Part shown: in pieces, positions 25,613 through 36,414 of the stretch | Position numbering within the stretch: the first letter of the stretch is position 1 | Layout of the letters: each line of letters begins with the position of its first letter | Source: Terrimicrobiaceae bacterium | Lineage (GTDB): Bacteria; Verrucomicrobiota; Verrucomicrobiia; Chthoniobacterales; Terrimicrobiaceae | Direction: 5' to 3' | Length of the DNA stretch: 64,000 bases | Assembly: GCA_041752695.1 (NCBI GenBank) | Contig: JBGSVZ010000038.1 | Location: 128,001 to 192,000 of the forward strand | Translations under genes and position numbers: made by a program | Notes under the pieces: model-generated | Databases searched by the model: none | The model's input: only the letters and a program-made list of their open reading frames with translations | Told to the model about the DNA's origin: nothing

Positions 25613-27871
25613 TTAGACGTGGCGACGGCGGCGGAAGGCCATCACCGTGGTGAGACCAGCGGTGAGCAGAACCATGGTGGTCGGCTCGGGGACCGCGACG
25701 ACCAGCTGGAGGCTTCCGTTCTGGAAGTAGGCCTTGTTGCCCGATCCACCAACGTTATTGACGGCAAAGGCCTCGCCGAAGTTCGTGATGTTGCTGAAGT
25801 CTCCGGCGTTGGCGATCAGGGTGTAGGTGCCCACTCCGACCGTCGTCCAGTCGATGTCACTGCCATCCGCATTGACCAAGCTGGCCACGCCGAAGGAGTT
25901 GGCGAGGGTCACTGTCCCGGTGACATCAAGAGTCGAAGTCAGGGTGAAGACGAACTGTGCGCTTGAATCTAGGGTCAAATCGCCAGTCAAGGTCCCGTCT
26001 CCGCCAATGCGATTCCCTGCCGCAATGGTCAAGGCGCTACCGAGACCCGAGGCGTCAAGGTTCGTTCCCGCTCCGATTTGGATGTTATTGCTCGCGAGGG
26101 TCGCACCTGTACCCAGCACCAGTGTGCCAGCCGTAAGGGTTGTGCCTCCCGTGTAAGTCTGTGCCGCCGTCAGGGTCATCGTGCCAGAGCCGACCTTGAT
26201 CAGGTTGCCCCCTGTGCCGTTGATAACACCGCCGAACGAGGTGGACTGATTGTTACCCCCCGTGGTGAGCGTGTTGGCTCCGAGATTGATCGCACCATCT
26301 GTTGCGGCGGAGGCAATGGAACCGACGGCTTCGTTCGTGCTGTTGAAGACCAGGGTAGAACCCGCTCCCGCGAAGGTCACTGCCGAACTGTCACCGATGG
26401 CGTTACCACTGGCGCTAAGGATATTGAGAACTGCACCGGTGCCGACGGACGTGGCGCCCGAGTACGTATTGCTGCCGGTCAGGCGAATGAAGCCGGGATT
26501 GCCGGACTCCGTAAGGCTAAGCCCCCCCACACCGGAGATGTTTCCGTTCAGGATCATGTGTTTATCCGTGAAGAAGAGCCCGTTGTGCACATTGAGATCA
26601 CCTTCCAACAGGATGTTTCCATTCAGATTGTAGGTATGGTCACTGCCTCCCCGGATCGTGCGGAATCCACCGGAGCGAACGATAATGTCATTGCTCAAAG
26701 TCTTGCCACCTGCTGTGGGAGTCGATGCCGCGAGCAGGAAGCCCGCTCCTGAGGAATTGCCGGTTTCGCCGAGAATGATATCGCCCGTGCCAAGGCTGAA
26801 CTGGCCTAGTGCTGTGTCGCCGAAAAGTTGCGCCGTCCCTTTGGTGATGACCAGATTGCCCGTCCAGGCACTATTATCGCCGCCCAGCGCGACACGGCCA
26901 AGCCCGAAGTCGGTCGAGGGTGTGCTGCTCGTAACGTTGTTGTAGGTGTCCACAATCAAGTCACCCGCGCCAGTCATGTTGCGAGTAATGAGGATCTGGT
27001 TGGCGAGTGTTGTTCCGGAGGAGATGTTTTGAACGGTCAAATTGCCGTTCAAAATCATCGTCCCAGTGCTGACGGTCAATGACTGAGTCGTGGCTGTGGT
27101 ATTGTTGTAGGCCAGAGTGCTCGAAGCCGTCACCGTCATGTTGGGCGTCAATGTTTTGTTGAGTGCGGATGTCGTTCTCATTTCCAAAGCGCCGCCGGAT
27201 AGAGTGATACTGGACGCCGTGTTAAGATCTGCGCCGGCCGCGCTGGTCGAGCCCATGATTAAACGGCCTTGGCTAACGCCCACCGTTCCCGTGAAGGAGT
27301 TCGCATTTGCTGACGCTATCCGAACCGTACCGGTGCCTGTCTTCGTGAAGCCGAAGCCAGCGCCCGTGATTTGTCGATTGATGAGGAGCTCCCCGGAGCC
27401 ATTATGAATAATGTCGAGGTTGCTGCCCAACGTTAAAGCCCCGCCGGCGGTTCCGACGCCGTTCCAGCCCAGAGTGATGTTTCCGGTAGCATTTGCATCA
27501 ACGGAGATCGACGCATTCCCGCTGTCGGCCTGCATGGTAAGTGCGGCGGCCGCTCCACCGTTGAACGTCCGGAAGTTCGTTAGAAATGCGCCATCCATAT
27601 CCGCGCCGTAAGTGATCGACCTCACAGTGCGCGCGGCACCAAGATCATTGTCCGGGCGGGTCAAAGAATTAAAGAGAAGGTCCGCCGTGTTGTTGAACGT
27701 TGGGACAGCGTTGGGATTCCAGTTGTCCAGGTTGCCCCAGCTGTTCGAGGCGGCGGCACCGCCATCCCAAGTGAACGTAGCAGCCTGCAGAGGAGTCGAT
27801 AATCCGAGTGCCGCGACGGCGATGGCCGCAACGTGAACCCGGTGGAGGAGTGAGGTGGGTGTGGTTTTCAT
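25613..27871 (-). CDS. PEP-CTERM surface protein with autotransporter-associated beta-strand repeats
   Basis: Signal peptide, K.G.GT..L...NTY.G.T repeats, C-terminal VPEP-TM-RRRR. Confidence 0.92.
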   Translation of the reverse strand: MKTTPTSLLHRVHVAAIAVAALGLSTPLQAATFTWDGGAAASNSWGNLDNWNPNAVPTFNNTADLLFNSLTRPDNDLGAARTVRSITYGADMDGAFLTNFRTFNGGAAAALTMQADSGNASISVDANATGNITLGWNGVGTAGGALTLGSNLDIIHNGSGELLINRQITGAGFGFTKTGTGTVRIASANANSFTGTVGVSQGRLIMGSTSAAGADLNTASSITLSGGALEMRTTSALNKTLTPNMTVTASSTLAYNNTTATTQSLTVSTGTMILNGNLTVQNISSGTTLANQILITRNMTGAGDLIVDTYNNVTSSTPSTDFGLGRVALGGDNSAWTGNLVITKGTAQLFGDTALGQFSLGTGDIILGETGNSSGAGFLLAASTPTAGGKTLSNDIIVRSGGFRTIRGGSDHTYNLNGNILLEGDLNVHNGLFFTDKHMILNGNISGVGGLSLTESGNPGFIRLTGSNTYSGATSVGTGAVLNILSASGNAIGDSSAVTFAGAGSTLVFNSTNEAVGSIASAATDGAINLGANTLTTGGNNQSTSFGGVINGTGGNLIKVGSGTMTLTAAQTYTGGTTLTAGTLVLGTGATLASNNIQIGAGTNLDASGLGSALTIAAGNRIGGDGTLTGDLTLDSSAQFVFTLTSTLDVTGTVTLANSFGVASLVNADGSDIDWTTVGVGTYTLIANAGDFSNITNFGEAFAVNNVGGSGNKAYFQNGSLQLVVAVPEPTTMVLLTAGLTTVMAFRRRRHV

Positions 27872-28012
27872 GTGGAGGAGAGGGTGGGGATCTTCGATGG
27901 GGTGGGGATGAACAGTGGTGTTTGGGGTTACTTTCTGGAACGTCCGGTTTTGGGAGATGGACTCAGATATATTGGGACTTTCTTCAACCGGGGAGTCGTT
28001 GTCAATCACTTT

Positions 28013-28029
28013 TGTTTGAAATTTGTCTG
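28013..28029. promoter_or_regulatory. Candidate transcription-factor site, shared with 53586-53602
   Basis: Reverse complement CAGACAAATTTCAAACA versus CAGACAAATATCAAACA (16/17 identical); both lie in divergent intergenic regions. Confidence 0.6.
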
Positions 28030-28086
28030 GAATATCTCCCGGAAGTGAAGAATCTTAATACGTCTGCGCGTCCCCCGCCGTTTCCC

Positions 28087-29598
28087 GTGAAGCAAATCCT
28101 CGCCAGCCTCCTTTTCATGACAGCAACCCAACAAGCCGCCCATCCGGACGAATCACCGTACCGGGTGGACGATGTTGACCCGCTGACCATTCAGGCCAGC
28201 GAGCGGAACTGGATGGCCCACACCCGGTTCGGCATGTTCGTCCATTTTGGGCTTTATTCGATCCCTGCGGGCGTCTGGCAGGGCGAGGAAATGGGGAGGA
28301 ACCACTACGCCGAGTGGATCCGCACCCAGTGGCGCTGGCCGCAGCCGGATGGCGGGATTCCCCAGAAGGACTACAACAGCCTCCTGACGAAATTTAACCC
28401 ATCCCAGTTCGATGCCGACGAATGGATCCGCCTCGCGTCCGAGGCTGGCATGCGGTATTTTGTCATCACCACCAAACACCACGATGGTTTCGCTCTGTGG
28501 GACTCGGCGGTCTCGGAGTATGACGTCGCCGCGACACCCTTCGGGGTAGGAGGTCGCGATCCGCTCGGCGAACTCGCCAGCGCTTGTCGGAAGTATGGGG
28601 TTAAGCTGGGTTTTTACTACTCCCATTGGCAGGACTGGGAGCATCCGGGCGGGGCCCTGCCTCCGTGGCCTGAGATCGAGGGTGACCCGCCGCTCAAACA
28701 GCCGACGGACAGAAACTTTGGCGAATACTGGGAAGGAAAATGCCTGCCCCAGGTTGCGGAGTTGATCGAACGCTACCAGCCGGATATGTTCTGGTTCGAC
28801 TCCTGGGGCCAGGGTGCCAAAAATCAAGTCACCGCCGCGCGCAGGGATCAATTGATCCGTCTGATTCGGGATCGAGCGCCGAATTGCATGATCAATGGCC
28901 GCATCGCCGCCCATGATCCCACCGGTGCGGATTTTATTTCCATGGGCGACAACCAGTTTCCCGATGCGGGCAACGCGCCCAAAGTTCCCTGGGAAACGCC
29001 GGGAACGATGAATCACGCCTGGGGCTACCATCGTCTCGATTTCCGGTGGCGGCCCTTTGACCACCTGCTGAATGCCCTGATCACCAACGCGCATCACGGT
29101 GGTGCCATCACGCTCAACGTCGGGCCGTTGCCGGATGGATCCTTCCAGCAGGCCGCCAAACGCCGGCTGAAGGAATTTGCCGCGTGGATGGCGATCAATG
29201 AATCGGCCCTGCAACCGACGAGACGCAGCCCGTTTGCGGAGGGTGACTTGCCGGATAACCTCCGCTCCACGCAGGGCACGGATCCCGCCAAACCGCACTT
29301 CAACCTTTTGGTGCTCTCCCGGCTGCCTGCCGGTGATCTCACGATCCCCCAGCCCTTGAAGCTGGACAAGCCCCGCACCGAATTCCGGGCGCAGGTGCTG
29401 GAGACGCAGGAATTGCTTGCCGTGCGACAGGACCCCGCGGGAAACCTTGTCATCCGGATCCCCGGAGAGCTGGCCGGGATCGATCATCCCGTCATCCGTG
29501 TTGGCCCCGCCTCATCGATTCCCGCCCGCTACGAGGACGGAACTTTGGTGGAACCGATCAAACCCGGAACCATGCAGAAATCGTCAGCCCCCTTATGA
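28087..29598 (+). CDS. Alpha-L-fucosidase, GH29
   Basis: FGMFVHFGLYS, YAEW, TTKHHDGF and FWFD motifs; GTG start inferred. Confidence 0.9.
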   Translation: MKQILASLLFMTATQQAAHPDESPYRVDDVDPLTIQASERNWMAHTRFGMFVHFGLYSIPAGVWQGEEMGRNHYAEWIRTQWRWPQPDGGIPQKDYNSLLTKFNPSQFDADEWIRLASEAGMRYFVITTKHHDGFALWDSAVSEYDVAATPFGVGGRDPLGELASACRKYGVKLGFYYSHWQDWEHPGGALPPWPEIEGDPPLKQPTDRNFGEYWEGKCLPQVAELIERYQPDMFWFDSWGQGAKNQVTAARRDQLIRLIRDRAPNCMINGRIAAHDPTGADFISMGDNQFPDAGNAPKVPWETPGTMNHAWGYHRLDFRWRPFDHLLNALITNAHHGGAITLNVGPLPDGSFQQAAKRRLKEFAAWMAINESALQPTRRSPFAEGDLPDNLRSTQGTDPAKPHFNLLVLSRLPAGDLTIPQPLKLDKPRTEFRAQVLETQELLAVRQDPAGNLVIRIPGELAGIDHPVIRVGPASSIPARYEDGTLVEPIKPGTMQKSSAPL

Positions 29599-32500
29599 AC
29601 CCGGCACCCCATTCCCGCCCTCTCCCCCCATTCTTCTCCAGACAAATCGTGGTGAGGATCCGTCTCTCGCTGGCGGCTTTGCTGTTTGCGCTTGTGGCCT
29701 CGGCCTCTCTCCGCGCGGCCACCATCGCGGCGGGCAACGTCACGACCGCTCTCGGGCCGACGTTTTTCATCGACGATGCGACGAATGGGGGCGGCGATGT
29801 GGACTATTTTGCCAATGGTTCTTATGGAAATATTCGAACCTTTGGCGGCTTGCTGACCCGCAATCAGGGGCCGACCCGCGTGACCCTGACCGGCCTGGGT
29901 TTCGCGGCCCATACGTCCGCCACGGCCAATAACGCCACCTCGGTGAACGTCACGATTATTTATCTGGGAGCGGACGAGACCCGGAATCTTACCGGCGGAG
30001 ATGACGTGGTGATCGGCACCGCGACCGGGACCTACAGCTTCACGGTGGGCGGGGAATATGTCTTTGCCTTCGATACGGCCTTGTCGGCAGATCTGAACAT
30101 CACCGGCACCCGATTCCAAATCGTGATCAACCCGAATGGCACGATGAAGCTCAAAACGGGCTCCATTACCTACGAAAACCCTCCCGCCACCGGTGCCAAG
30201 CTCAGCGTGGCCGGGGTCGTTGCCCCGCTGATCGTGCCGCAGCGTGTCAACCTGGCAAAGTATCAGACGGTGACGGCATCCTCCGTGGTCGGCAACCGCC
30301 TCGCTTCCTACGCGACGGATGGAGACGCCGGAAACGACAGCCATTGGCAGAGCCAAAACTGGGCCTTCAACAATGCCCGGATTGATTTTCCGTTTCCGGT
30401 CGAAGTCGGCAGTGCGCAGGTTTTCATGGGGATAAACGACACGTTGCCCCTGGCCAAATTCGGAATTCAATACCTGGTGGGGAGCACGTGGACCACCATT
30501 CCTGCGACGGATGTCTCGGGGAATACGAATGTGGAGCGTAACCTTGTTTTTTCCAGTCCCGTGACCGCGACCGCATTCCGCATCATTGTCACCGACCCAA
30601 CCATTCGTCTTCGCGAGTTTGCGCTCTATCCGCCGAATGGACCGGCCGGCTATCCTCTGGGAACGGACATCAAAGTCAATCTGGCCCTCCAGCGGCCAGC
30701 CGTGGCCAGCTCTCACACCACGGGCAGTTTTCCGATCAATGCCGTGGACGGCCGAACCCACGCAGGCTCCTCCTGGCAAACCATCACCGCAGGCTTGAAC
30801 ACGCTGGATATTGACACGGTCGCCTCCACGAAAATCGGCAGCGTCCATTTGTATTCTTCTCCTTTGGCGGATTTCACGCTCAAGTATTGGGACGGCACGG
30901 CCTGGCTCGCTATTCCCGGAGGCGTTGTGACCGGCAATACCGATCTCGATCGCGTCATCACCTTTACCTCGCCCGTCACCACCTCCCTCGTTCGGCTGGA
31001 ATTTACCAAGTCCGACGTGACACCGACCGTCATCCGGGAACTGCAGATCTTCCCGGCCAATACGAATAACGTTGGCTATGCGCTCGGGACCAACATTAAT
31101 CCCTCGGGGAAATACGCCGATTACGAGGACTTTAACGACGCATTTTATCAGATCACCAATTCGGCGGCTGGTCTTGACCTTGCCATCGCCACCGGCGGCC
31201 AGCCTGCCTTGAACCAGGCCGGAACGACAACGACCCAGACCCAGTATCAGGTTTTGCTTAATCTGGCCGACGGCACCTATCGGTTGCGCAACCGGGACAC
31301 GGGCAAGTGCCTGTCCGGTGCCCAACTGGCAAAAACGGCTGGATCGGCCCTCACCGACGAGCCCTACGTTGCCCTTCCCCACCAGGACTGGATTCTCCAA
31401 CCGGTTGGCGGGGGCCACTACCAGATCATCAATGCCTGGAGTGGACTGGCCATTGACACCCAGGGTGGAGCGACAGCCCAGGGTTCCGCCTTGGTGCAAA
31501 ACACGGTCAGCAGCGCGACGACGCAACGGTGGATCTTCAACTACGACACCTGGGCTCCCAAGAAAGGCGTCGGTGGCGCCAATTTTGCCGCCGGCTTAGA
31601 CGCCGCGTGGATGTATAATTGGGGACCAACGACCTCGGTGACCCTGCCCACCGACACGGTTTATAATCCCATGCAGTGGGGCAGTTTCAACTGGACCTAT
31701 AACACGGGCTCCGGACCGATCTGGCAGCATTATCCCGCGTGGCGCAAGCGCGGCGATGGCTTTCTTCTGATGGGCTTCAACGAGCCGGATCGGACCGACC
31801 AGTCCAACGTCACGCTGGAGGAAAGCGTCGCCCTTTGGCCTCGGCTGATGGCGCTCGACCAGCCCTTGCTCAGTCCGTCCCCGGGCACCCTCAACCCGCC
31901 CGTCGGCGTGCCCAGCTGGCACGAATTATTCTACGATGAGGCCGCCCGGCTCGGATACCGGGTCGAATACAACGCCATCCACACCTATCCCGGCCCGAGC
32001 AGTGGCTCTTCGGACTATTTAGTCAACTTGGTGCAAACTGAGTATAACGACTTCGGATTGCCGATCTGGCTTACGGAATTTTCCTTCGTGGATTGGGGTG
32101 GTGACCAATCCTGGAGTGAAGAGGATAATTATCAATGTCTCGCGGAATTTCTCTGGCGCGCCGAAAATCTGGCTGCCTTGCGGAAATACGCCCTGTTTGT
32201 TTTCACCGCCGATGCCGAGAATCCTCAGCCCGCCAATTCCTGGTCCAGCGTGACTCCTGCCCCGCGATCGAATAGTTACGATACCGGAGGCAATCTCACG
32301 GCCTTCGGAAAACTATACGCTGCCTGGGATAGCGATACCACGGTCCGACCCGACAAAACCTATCTCATTCATCACCGGGGCCTTCGCAAACGCATGGCCA
32401 ATGCCGCCACCGGGAACGCCAACCCGGGCGGACGAACGATCCGGACCGATGGCTCTCTGGTTCATTGGACATTGGTCTCCACGGGTGTGTCCAACCGGTA

Positions 32501-33956
32501 TTATCTCGCCTCTTCGATCGATGGACGGCGTCTTAGTCATACCACCGGAACCGGGGTTACACCCACCCTCGCAGCCGCCGGCACAACGGGGGTCAATGTG
32601 GAGTGGGCACTCACCCACAAGGAACACGGTTGGTATTACATCGGACACCCCAGCTCAAACAGCCGTCTGCGCCTGGTGAGTTTTAATACGAGCAACAACG
32701 TCGCCGCCTACCAGATGGTCGCGACGAGTACCACCGACGATAGTGTGCAATGGAGATTTATCGTGCCTCTGCCGGCCAATTCGGCTCCTGCTCTGGCAAC
32801 CATTCCGGATCAGGTGGTGAATGAATTAAGCCTGCTCAGTTTCACCGCGAGCGGCACGGATGCCAGCCTGCCCGCAGGACCCATCACCTACAGCATCGTG
32901 AATCCGCTTTTCAATACCTCCATTAACGCCACAACGGGCGTGTTCAGTTGGACGCCGAGTGAGACGCAGGGAAATGGCACGACGTATTCCTTTACGATCC
33001 GCGCCAGCGACGGACAACTCGCCACCGATCGAACGGTGAATATTACGGTAAATGAAGTCAACCAGGCTCCGGTGCTCGCCGCGATTCCGTCTCAAATGGT
33101 CAATGAAGGCAGCACACTGACCTTCACCGCTTCCGCGACGGATGCCGATCTCCCAGCCAATGCCCTGTCCTACAGCCTCGTCGGTGCCCCAGCCGGAGCC
33201 TCCATCGTCTCCAGCACGGGCGCATTTACCTGGACCCCCACGGAGGCACAGGGGCCGGGGACCTTCAATTTTACCGTCAGGGTGAGTGACGGATCCCTAA
33301 CCCATGACCGGCCGGTTTCGGTGGCCGTTGATGAAGTCAATACCGCCCCTGTTCTCGCCGCCATTGCAGCCCAGACGATCAATGCGGGCACCCTCCTTAC
33401 ATTTGCGGCCAGCGCCTTGGATGTCGATCTTCCGGGGAACACCCTGACGTTCAGTCTTCTCAACGCGCCTGGCGGAGCCGCCATCAACTCCGCCACCGGG
33501 GACTTTACCTGGATACCCTCGGGAGCCCAGGCTGGCAGCTTTAACTTCACTCTCCAAGTGAGCGATGGGAATCTCACCGATTCACGATCCGTCCTGGTTA
33601 CGGTGGCGAGTCCGATTCCGAGCAATGAAGTCGATGGAGATGGCGATGGGATGTCCGATCTTTTGGAGTACGCTTTCGGCACCACTCCCGCAGCCCCAAA
33701 CGCCAGTCCGTTTCGTATTCTCAGCGCAAATCCCGACAATACCGTCACCCTCGAATTCCCCTGGAACTGGCAGGCCTCGGGACTTGGCTGGCAAATCCGT
33801 CACGGAAACAATCTTGCCAACATCGCCACGTGGGCGGTCGTCTCTCCTGGCTCCACCACCACGGTGCGTGACGGCAATGTCGACCGCATCACGATCAGAC
33901 CGGTCTCGACCGACCCCAATCGAGGATTTTACATACTTGAAGTGATTCAAAACTAA
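29595..33956 (+). CDS. Large secreted multimodular glycoside hydrolase (discoidin-like + ricin-like + GH128-like + cadherin/Ig repeats)
   Basis: GFNEPD and IWLTEF catalytic motifs, N.AP.L..I repeats, C-terminal DGDGDG..DLLEYAFG domain. Confidence 0.8.
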   Translation: MNPAPHSRPLPPFFSRQIVVRIRLSLAALLFALVASASLRAATIAAGNVTTALGPTFFIDDATNGGGDVDYFANGSYGNIRTFGGLLTRNQGPTRVTLTGLGFAAHTSATANNATSVNVTIIYLGADETRNLTGGDDVVIGTATGTYSFTVGGEYVFAFDTALSADLNITGTRFQIVINPNGTMKLKTGSITYENPPATGAKLSVAGVVAPLIVPQRVNLAKYQTVTASSVVGNRLASYATDGDAGNDSHWQSQNWAFNNARIDFPFPVEVGSAQVFMGINDTLPLAKFGIQYLVGSTWTTIPATDVSGNTNVERNLVFSSPVTATAFRIIVTDPTIRLREFALYPPNGPAGYPLGTDIKVNLALQRPAVASSHTTGSFPINAVDGRTHAGSSWQTITAGLNTLDIDTVASTKIGSVHLYSSPLADFTLKYWDGTAWLAIPGGVVTGNTDLDRVITFTSPVTTSLVRLEFTKSDVTPTVIRELQIFPANTNNVGYALGTNINPSGKYADYEDFNDAFYQITNSAAGLDLAIATGGQPALNQAGTTTTQTQYQVLLNLADGTYRLRNRDTGKCLSGAQLAKTAGSALTDEPYVALPHQDWILQPVGGGHYQIINAWSGLAIDTQGGATAQGSALVQNTVSSATTQRWIFNYDTWAPKKGVGGANFAAGLDAAWMYNWGPTTSVTLPTDTVYNPMQWGSFNWTYNTGSGPIWQHYPAWRKRGDGFLLMGFNEPDRTDQSNVTLEESVALWPRLMALDQPLLSPSPGTLNPPVGVPSWHELFYDEAARLGYRVEYNAIHTYPGPSSGSSDYLVNLVQTEYNDFGLPIWLTEFSFVDWGGDQSWSEEDNYQCLAEFLWRAENLAALRKYALFVFTADAENPQPANSWSSVTPAPRSNSYDTGGNLTAFGKLYAAWDSDTTVRPDKTYLIHHRGLRKRMANAATGNANPGGRTIRTDGSLVHWTLVSTGVSNRYYLASSIDGRRLSHTTGTGVTPTLAAAGTTGVNVEWALTHKEHGWYYIGHPSSNSRLRLVSFNTSNNVAAYQMVATSTTDDSVQWRFIVPLPANSAPALATIPDQVVNELSLLSFTASGTDASLPAGPITYSIVNPLFNTSINATTGVFSWTPSETQGNGTTYSFTIRASDGQLATDRTVNITVNEVNQAPVLAAIPSQMVNEGSTLTFTASATDADLPANALSYSLVGAPAGASIVSSTGAFTWTPTEAQGPGTFNFTVRVSDGSLTHDRPVSVAVDEVNTAPVLAAIAAQTINAGTLLTFAASALDVDLPGNTLTFSLLNAPGGAAINSATGDFTWIPSGAQAGSFNFTLQVSDGNLTDSRSVLVTVASPIPSNEVDGDGDGMSDLLEYAFGTTPAAPNASPFRILSANPDNTVTLEFPWNWQASGLGWQIRHGNNLANIATWAVVSPGSTTTVRDGNVDRITIRPVSTDPNRGFYILEVIQN

Positions 33957-34051
33957 CGGTTGGCGGGCCTGGCTTGGGAACGTCACCGGACCACGATCAA
34001 TCCGCCGCGACACAAGCCTTCCTCCAGGGACAATTCTTTCACGCCACCCTT

Positions 34052-35452
34052 ATGAAACACCACATCGCTGCACTGGCTCTTTTTGTTCTGGCGGTCCTTT
34101 CCGGGGATGTTTTTGGGGCAAATCCGGGTCCGCCGAATCTGGTTGTCATCGTTGCGGATGACCTTGGATATGCAGATGCCGGTTTCAATGGGAACTCCGA
34201 CATCCCGACGCCCAACATTGACCGCATTGCGAAGGGTGGTGTGGTCTTCTCCGACGCCTATGTTCCATTCACCGTCTGCGCACCAAGTCGGGCCGGACTC
34301 ATCACCGGAAGGTATCCTCAACGGTTTGGGTTTGAACGCAACCCGGCATGGAGGCCCACCGACGCCTCCATCGGGTTGCCCCGGGAGGAGAAGACCATCG
34401 CCGAGATCCTGCGACCCGCTGGTTACACCTCCGGGGTGATCGGAAAATGGCACCTCGGAGCCCATGACACGCTTCATCCGCTCTCCCGCGGCTTTGATGA
34501 ATTTTACGGCCACCTCGGCGGTGGGCACCGCTATTTTCCGGACGATCTTACGATCCAGCACACGCTGGAGGCAAAAGATGAACCGCAGAGCTACAAGACG
34601 TGGATTTCCCGTGGCCGTGTGCCAGTCCGAACCGAGCGATACCTGACAGACGAGTTCTCGAGGGAGGCCGTTGAGTTTGTCAACCGGCATAAGGACGGCC
34701 CATTCTTCCTCTACTTGGCCTACAACGCTCCACATGCTCCGCTGCAGGCTCCACGGGAAGAAATCGAAAAGTTTCAGCACGTGCCCGATGAGAAGCGACG
34801 GATCTATTCCGCCATGGTGAACGTGATGGACCGCGGCATCGGAGAGCTGCTGAATGAACTCGATAAACTCGGCCTTTCGGACAACACGCTTATCTTTTTC
34901 CTCTCCGACAACGGAGGGGCGGTCGGTTCGAACGGTTCGAAAAACACTCCGCTCCGGGGCGGCAAGAGTGATCCGTTCGAAGGCGGATTCCGCGTTCCCA
35001 TGGCCGCAAGGTGGCCCGGGGTGATTCCCGCCGGGATCACGTTTTCCAAGCCGGTCACAGCCCTCGACATCCTGGCAACCATCGCTGCGGCCAATCATCT
35101 CAAGGAAGACCCGCAGCGTCCTCTGGATGGGGTTAATCTGGTGCCCCATTTGCTCGGTCAAGAAAACCGCGTTCCACACGAGCGGATCTACCTGCGAATG
35201 TTCGACGCGAAAAGCTATGCCATGCGGGAAGGGGACTTCAAAATTGTCAAACCTAAGCAGGCCAAAGATACCAACGCAGCGCTCCTTTTCTTCAACCTCG
35301 CCAATGATCAATCGGAAAAGAACAACATCGCGGATCTGGAACCGGCGCGTCTCAAGAGTCTGCAGCAGAGCTACGAAAAATGGAATGCACAGCTCATCGA
35401 ACCCATATTTCCAGGTCTCAATATGAAAGAATGGCAGAATGCGAAACCCTGA
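34052..35452 (+). CDS. Sulfatase (S1, Cys-type)
   Basis: DDLGYAD, CAPSR, GKWHLG and SDNG motifs; signal peptide. Confidence 0.93.
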   Translation: MKHHIAALALFVLAVLSGDVFGANPGPPNLVVIVADDLGYADAGFNGNSDIPTPNIDRIAKGGVVFSDAYVPFTVCAPSRAGLITGRYPQRFGFERNPAWRPTDASIGLPREEKTIAEILRPAGYTSGVIGKWHLGAHDTLHPLSRGFDEFYGHLGGGHRYFPDDLTIQHTLEAKDEPQSYKTWISRGRVPVRTERYLTDEFSREAVEFVNRHKDGPFFLYLAYNAPHAPLQAPREEIEKFQHVPDEKRRIYSAMVNVMDRGIGELLNELDKLGLSDNTLIFFLSDNGGAVGSNGSKNTPLRGGKSDPFEGGFRVPMAARWPGVIPAGITFSKPVTALDILATIAAANHLKEDPQRPLDGVNLVPHLLGQENRVPHERIYLRMFDAKSYAMREGDFKIVKPKQAKDTNAALLFFNLANDQSEKNNIADLEPARLKSLQQSYEKWNAQLIEPIFPGLNMKEWQNAKP

Positions 35453-36341
35453 CTTACCGCCACGGTCGGCGGCCCTCATTCCCCGAATTGCCGGCGAATG
35501 GCAGCTTCTCTACAAACCCGAGAAGACCGGGTGTTATGTCAATGACCACAGTCTTATCCGCGGGTTGGACGGAAAGTGGCACCTCTTCGGCATCACGAAG
35601 CCAACCCCGGAAATCAACCCTAATGAAGAGCGTTATTTTACTTATGGAAGTGGCAGTGAGCTTCTCTCTCCCGGCGGATTAAAGGAAGTGCAAATCGTTT
35701 GCAATGATGGCGTGCGCGCTTGGGCGCCCTCGGTGGTCACCGATGGCCGACGCTACTACATGCACTATGGACCTTCCCCGATGCGCATGGCGACTTCCGA
35801 CGAGCTTAAACACTGGATCGGCCACACTCCGGTGCTCCACAACGCGCCCCTGGAATCGTGCCACCGCGACAGTATGGTTCTGCAGTTGGCGGACGGAAAT
35901 TGGTTGATGTATGTCACGGGTGTTGAAAACCGCTATGGTGTCATCTCGGTTTTCCAGTCCAGCGACCTGGTAAATTGGACATTTCTTCGCTACGCCCTCC
36001 GTACGTGTGGAAACGCTCCGTTAAATCCCCCATGGGGAGCCACCGAGTCTCCCTATGTCGTTTGTCTTCACGGCTGGTTTTACCTATTCATGACCTACAC
36101 CGACTGCGGCAAGGAAACTTACCACAACACGCTGGTCTTTCGTTCCAAGGACCCCACCGACTTTGGCGAATATACCGGCGATAACCATGCCGAAGTGGTC
36201 GTCACCACCCTGCACGCCCACGCTCCGGAAATTGTCTGTGACGACGGAAAGTGGTTCATCACGACCTGCGGGTGGAGGAACTTCGGCATCCCCATCGAGG
36301 GCGCCGTCGCGATTGCGGAGCTGGAGTGGGTTGCAGGGTGA
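35439..36341 (+). CDS. Five-bladed beta-propeller glycoside hydrolase (GH32/GH43-like)
   Basis: NDH, WHLF, WAP, RD and ESP motifs. Confidence 0.75.
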   Translation: MRNPDLPPRSAALIPRIAGEWQLLYKPEKTGCYVNDHSLIRGLDGKWHLFGITKPTPEINPNEERYFTYGSGSELLSPGGLKEVQIVCNDGVRAWAPSVVTDGRRYYMHYGPSPMRMATSDELKHWIGHTPVLHNAPLESCHRDSMVLQLADGNWLMYVTGVENRYGVISVFQSSDLVNWTFLRYALRTCGNAPLNPPWGATESPYVVCLHGWFYLFMTYTDCGKETYHNTLVFRSKDPTDFGEYTGDNHAEVVVTTLHAHAPEIVCDDGKWFITTCGWRNFGIPIEGAVAIAELEWVAG

Positions 36342-36414
36342 GGGTTCCCTTGGACGTCCCTGCCCGCAGAATGTTGAAGCCCCGGTTTCAGTCAGACGCC
36401 GGCGCGGGGGAGTT

